The notes beneath the pieces were generated by a model. The model was not told where the DNA came from. It saw only the letters and a list, made by a program, of their open reading frames with translations, and made no database searches. From Deltaproteobacteria bacterium (lineage in GTDB: Bacteria; Desulfobacterota_D; UBA1144; Nemesobacterales; JAJCZQ01): a DNA stretch of 64,000 nucleotides. The stretch covers positions 3,844-67,843 of the forward strand of contig JAJCZQ010000048.1 of the NCBI GenBank assembly GCA_029262335.1, read 5' to 3'. Shown here one piece after another: positions 58,518 to 64,000 of this stretch. The first letter of the stretch is position 1, and the number at the start of each line of letters is the position of its first letter. Position numbers and translations under genes: made by a program.

Positions 58518-61094
58518 ATGGGAAAAGTCAGAGTATACGAATTGTCAAAAGAAGCAGGGGTCACTAATAAAGATGTAATTCTTGCAGCTAAAGAGCTGGG
58601 TCTTGAACTTAAGAGCCATGCAAGTGCAATAGAAGACCACTATATTCAAAAGATTAAAGAAAAGATCACTAATAATAAAGATAAAAAAGATACTCCGGAA
58701 GTTAAGGAAGAAGTATCGGAAGAGGTAAAAGTATTTAAATCCGAATCGGGACAGGAAGTAGTTGAAAGAAGAACCGGCAGTAAAGTTGTTTTAAGAAAAA
58801 AGAAAAGAGTAAAAGAAGAAGAAATTATAGAAGAGCCCCAACAAACAAAAGAATCTACTGTTGCCGATGTTGCTCCTGAAGCCGATACAGCTGATAAAGA
58901 AAGTGAAGACATCAGTGAAATTGCAGCTGAAAGTGTAAATGAGGTTTCAGAGGAACTGCCTGAAATCACGGAAGATATAGAAGGCATAGATGATCTGGAA
59001 TTAAAGGACGACAAAAAAGAAGTAAAAGAAGATGGGAAAGGTAAATCATCTGCAAAAGTAGAAGAATCCAAGAAAAAGAAAAAAACAAAAAAAGTTAAAA
59101 TAACAAAAGAAGAAATAATTGACGAAGATACTCTTGAAGAACTAAGAAAAGCATTCAGAACAAAACTACCAACACGTAAGAAGGAATACGTTGTTGATGA
59201 CAGGAAATTTAAACCTAAAACTCCTTCCGGAGATAATAAAGGAAGGCACGGACAAAGAAACAGGCCTTTTCCTGAAAACAAATACAAACAACAAAAACTT
59301 ACCGGAGATGCACCTACAGGTATCAGGCCGGAAATTGAAGATTCAGGAAAAAAACAGATTAAGATTGGCGAAACAGTAGCTGTAGGAGAGCTTGCCAAGA
59401 AGATGGGTATTAAAGGTGTTGCACTTATCAGAAAACTGATGCAACTTGGTATGCCCGCTACAATTAATGAAGAAATTGATTCAGAAACAGCAATAATTGT
59501 TGCAGAGGAATATGGACAAAATATTGTAATTGAAAAATATGAAGAAAAAGATTTTCTTATAGAGAACGATGAAAATGATACATTGGTTAAACGTCCTCCA
59601 GTAGTAACCGTAATGGGGCACGTGGACCATGGTAAAACAACACTTCTTGACAGTATAAGGACAACAAGTGTTGTTACTGGTGAAGCTGGCGGTATTACTC
59701 AGCACATTGGTGCTTATAAGGTAAATATTAATGACAGCGTAATTACTTTTATTGATACTCCTGGCCATGAAGCATTTACCTCTATGAGAGCAAGAGGGGC
59801 AAGCATAACCGACATAGTAATATTAGTAGTCGCCGCAGATGATGGTGTAATGCCTCAGACACTTGAAGCTATTAACCATGCCAAAGCAGCTGAGGTCCCT
59901 ATCATTGTTGCAGTAAATAAAATTGATAAAGACGATGCAGACCCTGAGAAGATTAAAAGGCAATTATCTGAAAATGGTTTAATTTCCGAAGAATGGGGAG
60001 GAGATACACTCTTTGCGGAAGTTTCGGCAAAATCAAAACAGGGTATTAAAGAGCTGCTTGATTTAGTTTTACTTCAGGCAGATATCCTAGAACTTCAGGC
60101 CGTTGCTGATAAAAGAGCAAACGGAGTTATAGTTGAAGCTAAACTTGATAAGGGAAGAGGTGCTATCTCTACAGTAATAGTAACGGAAGGCACATTGAAA
60201 ATTGGGGATTATGTAATGTCCGGCATTTATTCCGGAAGGGTCAAAGCCCTTAAGGATGAACAAGGTGCTGATGTCAGGGAAGCAGGGCCGTCCATACCTG
60301 TCGAAATTATGGGTATATCCGGTGTGCCTACTGCCGGTGAAAGGTTTTATGTAGTTAAAGATGAAAAAACTGCCAAAGAAGTTATAAGTAACAGAGAATT
60401 AAAACTTAGAAAGAAAACTGTAGTACCTGATTTAAAAGTATCTCTTGAACAACTGTTTGAGAATCTTGAAAAGGATGAAGTAAAAGAACTGTTTATTGTT
60501 ATAAAAGGAGATACGCAGGGCTCTGTAGAAGCTTTACAGGAATCATTACTAAAACTGAGTGGTGAAAAATGTACAGTTAACATAGTACACGCAGGTGTTG
60601 GTGGAATTAACGAGACTGACATTGTTCTGGCAAGTGCATCAAATGCAATTGTAGTAGGATTTAATGTCAGGCCGGACAATAATGCTTTAAAAATAGCCGA
60701 AAAAGAAGGTGTCTCTCTTGAACTTCATAAGATTATTTATGATGTTACAAACAGAATATTAGCAGCTATGGAAGGCCTGCTTGAGCCTGTTGTCAGTGAA
60801 GTAATTACAGCCCATGTTGAGGTTAAGGAAACATTTCACATCTCAAAAATCGGTACTATTGCAGGATGTATGGTTACAGATGGAAAGGTCCAGAGAGATA
60901 ATAACATACGTGTAATTCGTGATTCCGTGCAGATATATGAAGGTAAGATTGATTCACTTAGAAGATTTAAAGACGATGTTAAAGAAGTACAGAGTGGATT
61001 TGAATGTGGTATAAGTGTCGTAAATTACAATGATATAAAAGAGGGTGACACTTTTGAAATCTTCAAATTCGAGGAAACAAAACAAAAACTATAG
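58518..61094 (+). CDS. infB: Translation initiation factor IF-2
   Basis: 858 aa. Low-complexity K/E-rich N-terminus; G domain [17 protein letters not shown]...DTPGHEAF...NKIDK; C-terminal domains are conserved. Confidence 0.95.
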   Translation: MGKVRVYELSKEAGVTNKDVILAAKELGLELKSHASAIEDHYIQKIKEKITNNKDKKDTPEVKEEVSEEVKVFKSESGQEVVERRTGSKVVLRKKKRVKEEEIIEEPQQTKESTVADVAPEADTADKESEDISEIAAESVNEVSEELPEITEDIEGIDDLELKDDKKEVKEDGKGKSSAKVEESKKKKKTKKVKITKEEIIDEDTLEELRKAFRTKLPTRKKEYVVDDRKFKPKTPSGDNKGRHGQRNRPFPENKYKQQKLTGDAPTGIRPEIEDSGKKQIKIGETVAVGELAKKMGIKGVALIRKLMQLGMPATINEEIDSETAIIVAEEYGQNIVIEKYEEKDFLIENDENDTLVKRPPVVTVMGHVDHGKTTLLDSIRTTSVVTGEAGGITQHIGAYKVNINDSVITFIDTPGHEAFTSMRARGASITDIVILVVAADDGVMPQTLEAINHAKAAEVPIIVAVNKIDKDDADPEKIKRQLSENGLISEEWGGDTLFAEVSAKSKQGIKELLDLVLLQADILELQAVADKRANGVIVEAKLDKGRGAISTVIVTEGTLKIGDYVMSGIYSGRVKALKDEQGADVREAGPSIPVEIMGISGVPTAGERFYVVKDEKTAKEVISNRELKLRKKTVVPDLKVSLEQLFENLEKDEVKELFIVIKGDTQGSVEALQESLLKLSGEKCTVNIVHAGVGGINETDIVLASASNAIVVGFNVRPDNNALKIAEKEGVSLELHKIIYDVTNRILAAMEGLLEPVVSEVITAHVEVKETFHISKIGTIAGCMVTDGKVQRDNNIRVIRDSVQIYEGKIDSLRRFKDDVKEVQSGFECGISVVNYNDIKEGDTFEIFKFEETKQKL

Positions 61095-61098
61095 GTAA

Positions 61099-61389
61099 AT
61101 GGTAATTGGATTACTTAGAATAGAAATCTACATTGAATCAAGCCGGTCATTAAAAGATAAAAGAAAAATTATCAAAAGTCTTATCCAAAAATTAAAGTCC
61201 AAATTTGCAAATCTTTCTGTCTCTGAAGTCGAACTTCTTAATAACTGGAAAAAATCTATAATTGCAATAGTCACAGTCTCAAATGAAATTACATATATAA
61301 ATTCTGTAATAGACAAAGTATTGAACTTTATTAAAGAAGGTAATAACTATCAGGTAGTTGATACTGAAATTGAGTTATTAAACTATTAA
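61099..61389 (+). CDS. DUF503 (YlxP-like) protein
   Basis: 96 aa. MVIGLLRIEIYIESSRSLKDKRKII is the typical DUF503 N-terminus. It occupies the conserved slot between infB and rbfA. Confidence 0.7.
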   Translation: MVIGLLRIEIYIESSRSLKDKRKIIKSLIQKLKSKFANLSVSEVELLNNWKKSIIAIVTVSNEITYINSVIDKVLNFIKEGNNYQVVDTEIELLNY

Positions 61390-61392
61390 AAA

Positions 61393-61746
61393 ATGGGATT
61401 TAGCTATAAAAGATCAAAAAGAGTAGGGGAACAAATTCTCAAAGAAATTTCAGGAATGATTGCAAAATCTGAAATAAGAGACCCCAGGTTAGAGTCTGTT
61501 GTTCTGACAAATTTTCATATATCAGATGATATGGGATATCTAAAACTGTATTTTACAAAGATGAATGAAGAAGCAGATATAGATGAAATTAAAGAAGGAC
61601 TAAACAGTGCAAGCAGTTATATAAGAAGAAAAATATCTCAAAAATTAAGCATGAAAAAAACACCTAAAATTGAATTTGAATTCGATTCTGTTTTGGAAGA
61701 TGGATATAAAATAGATGAAATATTAAGGGATTTGGACAGTGAATGA
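61393..61746 (+). CDS. rbfA: Ribosome-binding factor A
   Basis: 117 aa. ...RVGEQILKEISGMI...DPRL..VVLTNFHISDDMGYLKLYF... is the RbfA KH-like fold signature. Confidence 0.85.
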   Translation: MGFSYKRSKRVGEQILKEISGMIAKSEIRDPRLESVVLTNFHISDDMGYLKLYFTKMNEEADIDEIKEGLNSASSYIRRKISQKLSMKKTPKIEFEFDSVLEDGYKIDEILRDLDSE

Positions 61747-62725
61747 AATAAATAATATAATAAAAATAATTGAAGCTTCAGACAATATTCTAATCACTGC
61801 ACATGAAAACCCTGACTGTGATGCCCTTGGTTCTACTCTGGCACTTGGACTGGGTTTAAAGAGTATAGGAAAGAATGTGGATTTGTATAATAACAACAGT
61901 ACTCCCGAACACCTCAAATTTTTACCTGAATGGAAAAATGTAATAAGTGATATAGATAAGCTAAAAGACAGTTATGATTGCGTTTTCCTTCTAGACAGTG
62001 CAGACGATATGCGGCCGGGGTTAAAATTTCATGAATACATGAAAAAAGCAGATTATAAAGAAAAGATTGTTATAGACCATCATAATACAAACTCAGACGA
62101 CCATGAACTGGTATGGGTAGATGTGAAAGCCGCTTCAACGGGAGTAATGATATATAAAATTCTTAAAACTATGGACATAGAAATCTCAAAAAATATATCT
62201 ACACTTATTTACTCAACTATTGTTGGTGATACAGGATCTTTCCGATATTCAAATACAAGTTCTGAATCTCTTAAGATTGCTTCAGAACTTGTTGATTATG
62301 GTGCTGAACCGGAATTTATATCCCAGGCTATATATGAGAATGAGCCCTTAAAAAAAATAAATTTAATAGCACGTGCATTAAATACTCTTGAAATTGATGA
62401 ATCCAAAAAAATAGCATCAGTCTATATTGATAATGAAATGTTTGCACAGACCGGTACTTCACGGGAAGATACAGAGGGTATTATTAACTTACCAAGGAAA
62501 ATAAACGGGGTATCCGTTGCAATATTGCTCAGGCAGGAAAATAACAGTAATGAACCTTTACCCAGGTGGAAGATAAGTCTTAGATCAAAGTTTGATGTGG
62601 ATGTATCTGCCATTGCCCAAAAATACGGAGGGGGAGGGCACGTAAAAGCTTCAGGCCTTTCAATGGAAGGGGAACTAACTAATGTAAAAAGTGACCTGTT
62701 AGCATCTATAAAAGAGGTTATTTAG
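61739..62725 (+). CDS. nrnA: DHH/DHHA1 phosphoesterase (NrnA-type bifunctional oligoribonuclease / pAp phosphatase)
   Basis: 328 aa. DHH motif (VIDHHNT), DHHA1 C-terminal domain with GGGH (KYGGGGHVKASG). Confidence 0.75.
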   Translation: MNEINNIIKIIEASDNILITAHENPDCDALGSTLALGLGLKSIGKNVDLYNNNSTPEHLKFLPEWKNVISDIDKLKDSYDCVFLLDSADDMRPGLKFHEYMKKADYKEKIVIDHHNTNSDDHELVWVDVKAASTGVMIYKILKTMDIEISKNISTLIYSTIVGDTGSFRYSNTSSESLKIASELVDYGAEPEFISQAIYENEPLKKINLIARALNTLEIDESKKIASVYIDNEMFAQTGTSREDTEGIINLPRKINGVSVAILLRQENNSNEPLPRWKISLRSKFDVDVSAIAQKYGGGGHVKASGLSMEGELTNVKSDLLASIKEVI

Positions 62726-63642
62726 TGAACGGGGTAATTGTTGTTGATAAACCAAAGGGATTTACTTCAAATAAAATACTTGGAAGAGTAAAAAAGATAT
62801 TAAATATTAAAAAGGCAGGCCATACCGGCACCCTCGATCCATTTGCTACAGGAGTGCTTCCTATATGTTTAAATGAGGCAACTAAACTTATTCCTTATTT
62901 CAACGAAGAATATAAAGAATACATTGGTTTAATTACTTTAGGAATTGAAACTGATACCCTGGATGAGACCGGAAATATAATAAATAATAAGACTGTTGGA
63001 AAAATCGAAGAAAGTGATATATTAACATGTCTTTATTCTTTTAAGGGTTCTATCTCTCAGATACCTCCCATGTATTCTGCACTAAAAGTAAATGGTGTAA
63101 GGCTTTACAATATGGCAAGGAAGGGAGAGGTCGTAGAGAGAAAACCCAGAGAGATTTATATTGATAAGATTGAACTGTTATCTTTTGAATCTCCTTATAT
63201 TGAATTTTATGTGAGATGTACAAAAGGTACTTATATCAGGTCCCTTGCAAGTGATATAGGTGCTAAAATTGGCTGCGGCGGCAGTCTTAAAGAATTAAAA
63301 AGAGTATCAAGCGGACAGTTTAGTATTGATGATTCATTTAATTTAGATGATATAGAAGAAAATAAATATAAAATAAAAAGTATAAACGAACTTTTAAAAG
63401 AGTATAAGAATATAAATGTTGATGATGACCTGGAAAAAATAATAAGAAATGGAAAGAAATTAATAAAAAAATATTTCGAACATCTGTTTATTCCGGATTT
63501 AAAGATAAAAGAAAAGTTTGTAATTAAAAATGGAAACAGATCTATTGCTATTTTAGAAGCTCTAAAATCAACAATAGAAATAAAAGATATTAATAATAGT
63601 GAAACAATTTTTAAAATATTAAGAGTATTAAACTATTCGTAA
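62725..63642 (+). CDS. truB: tRNA pseudouridine(55) synthase
   Basis: GVIVVDKPKGFTSNKIL...IKKAGHTGTLDPFATGVLPICLNEATKL has the catalytic Asp in GTLDP. Confidence 0.9.
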   Translation: MNGVIVVDKPKGFTSNKILGRVKKILNIKKAGHTGTLDPFATGVLPICLNEATKLIPYFNEEYKEYIGLITLGIETDTLDETGNIINNKTVGKIEESDILTCLYSFKGSISQIPPMYSALKVNGVRLYNMARKGEVVERKPREIYIDKIELLSFESPYIEFYVRCTKGTYIRSLASDIGAKIGCGGSLKELKRVSSGQFSIDDSFNLDDIEENKYKIKSINELLKEYKNINVDDDLEKIIRNGKKLIKKYFEHLFIPDLKIKEKFVIKNGNRSIAILEALKSTIEIKDINNSETIFKILRVLNYS

Positions 63643-63659
63643 AATTTTCGGAGGACACA

Positions 63660-63929
63660 ATGCCACTCGATAGAGAAGACAAGTTAGAGGTTGTTAAAGA
63701 ATACAGCGATGTAATAACAAACGTCGGAGCAACCGAAGTACAGATAGGGCTTTTATCTAAAAGAATTGATTATCTGTCAGAACATATGAATGCTGCACCA
63801 AAAGATAACCATTCCAGAAAAGGGCTGGTAAGACTTGTAGCTAAAAGAAGAAAACTGCTCAACTATATGAAAAGAACCAAACCGGAAAAGTATGGTGATT
63901 TAATTAAAAAAATAGGATTGAGAAAGTAA
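63660..63929 (+). CDS. rpsO: 30S ribosomal protein S15
   Basis: 89 aa. ...TEVQIGLLSKRIDYLSEHM...KDNHSRKGLVRLVAKRRKLLNY... is canonical S15. GGAGG RBS. Confidence 0.95.
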   Translation: MPLDREDKLEVVKEYSDVITNVGATEVQIGLLSKRIDYLSEHMNAAPKDNHSRKGLVRLVAKRRKLLNYMKRTKPEKYGDLIKKIGLRK

Positions 63930-63948
63930 AAAATTCAGGAGGAACTCC

Positions 63949-64000
63949 TTGTCAATACCATTTAAAACAGTAGAAAAAGAACTATTCGGTAAACAGTATA
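63949..64000 (+). CDS. pnp: Probable polynucleotide phosphorylase, first ~17 codons only (3' end lies outside the window)
   Basis: TTG start after an AGGAGG RBS, 19 nt downstream of rpsO. The call rests mainly on the conserved rpsO-pnp synteny. The fragment (M)SIPFKTVEKELFGKQY is too short to confirm. Confidence 0.45.
   Translation, partial: MSIPFKTVEKELFGKQY

Noticed and set aside
58646-59398. 250-aa Ser/Phe-rich ORF on the minus strand inside infB
   Set aside because: It is antisense to the K/E-rich low-complexity N-terminal region of IF-2. AAG/GAA-rich sense codons give TTC/CTT-rich open frames on the opposite strand. It is fully contained in a confidently called gene, so it is spurious.

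Overview
This is a 64 kb chromosomal segment from an AT-rich bacterium (about 35% GC by eye). Genes are densely packed and many have strong Shine-Dalgarno motifs (GGAGG). The phylum cannot be assigned from sequence alone. Gene order and family assignments come from reading the translations and motifs, not from database searches. Most of the window is conserved housekeeping. It opens with the 3' end of the ribosomal-protein alpha operon (map-infA-rpmJ-rpsM-rpsK-rpsD-rpoA-rplQ). It also holds smpB followed by an intact tmRNA (ssrA), then rph-rdgB, pyrG, gltA, rarA and uvrB. It ends with rimP-nusA-infB-DUF503-rbfA-nrnA-truB-rpsO and the first codons of pnp. Between these blocks are redox and membrane functions: NDH-2, pdxH, two luciferase-like oxidoreductases, an FprA-like reductase, metF, ubiE/menG, an MFS transporter, alr, PtsP (EI-Ntr), a site-2 protease, an M42 peptidase, gloA and a cobA-hemD fusion. 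The regions worth a second look are the following. (1) A System I cytochrome c maturation cluster ccmA-B-C-(D)-E-F. Its CcmE carries the variant CxxxY heme-binding motif (Cys in place of the canonical His). There is no ccmG or ccmH. It is followed by two membrane-anchored genes that share a conserved cytoplasmic tail; one of them is a monoheme cytochrome c fused to a transthyretin-like domain. (2) A mlaE-mlaF-mlaD operon preceded by a secreted protein built from about 18 aromatic-Pro repeats and followed, translationally coupled, by a ParB/Srx-fold protein. (3) A divergent EF-G paralogue in which the catalytic His of the G3 switch-II motif is replaced by Tyr. (4) A 418-aa hypothetical protein whose C-terminus resembles the DUF2384 (ParS/MbcA-type) toxin-binding domain, with no obvious RES partner nearby. 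(5) An ECF sigma / anti-sigma / LTXXQ envelope-stress module. (6) An AT-rich intergenic region with five copies of an ACTTTAAnTTT motif. No transposases, integrases, CRISPR arrays, rRNA or tRNA genes were recognised.
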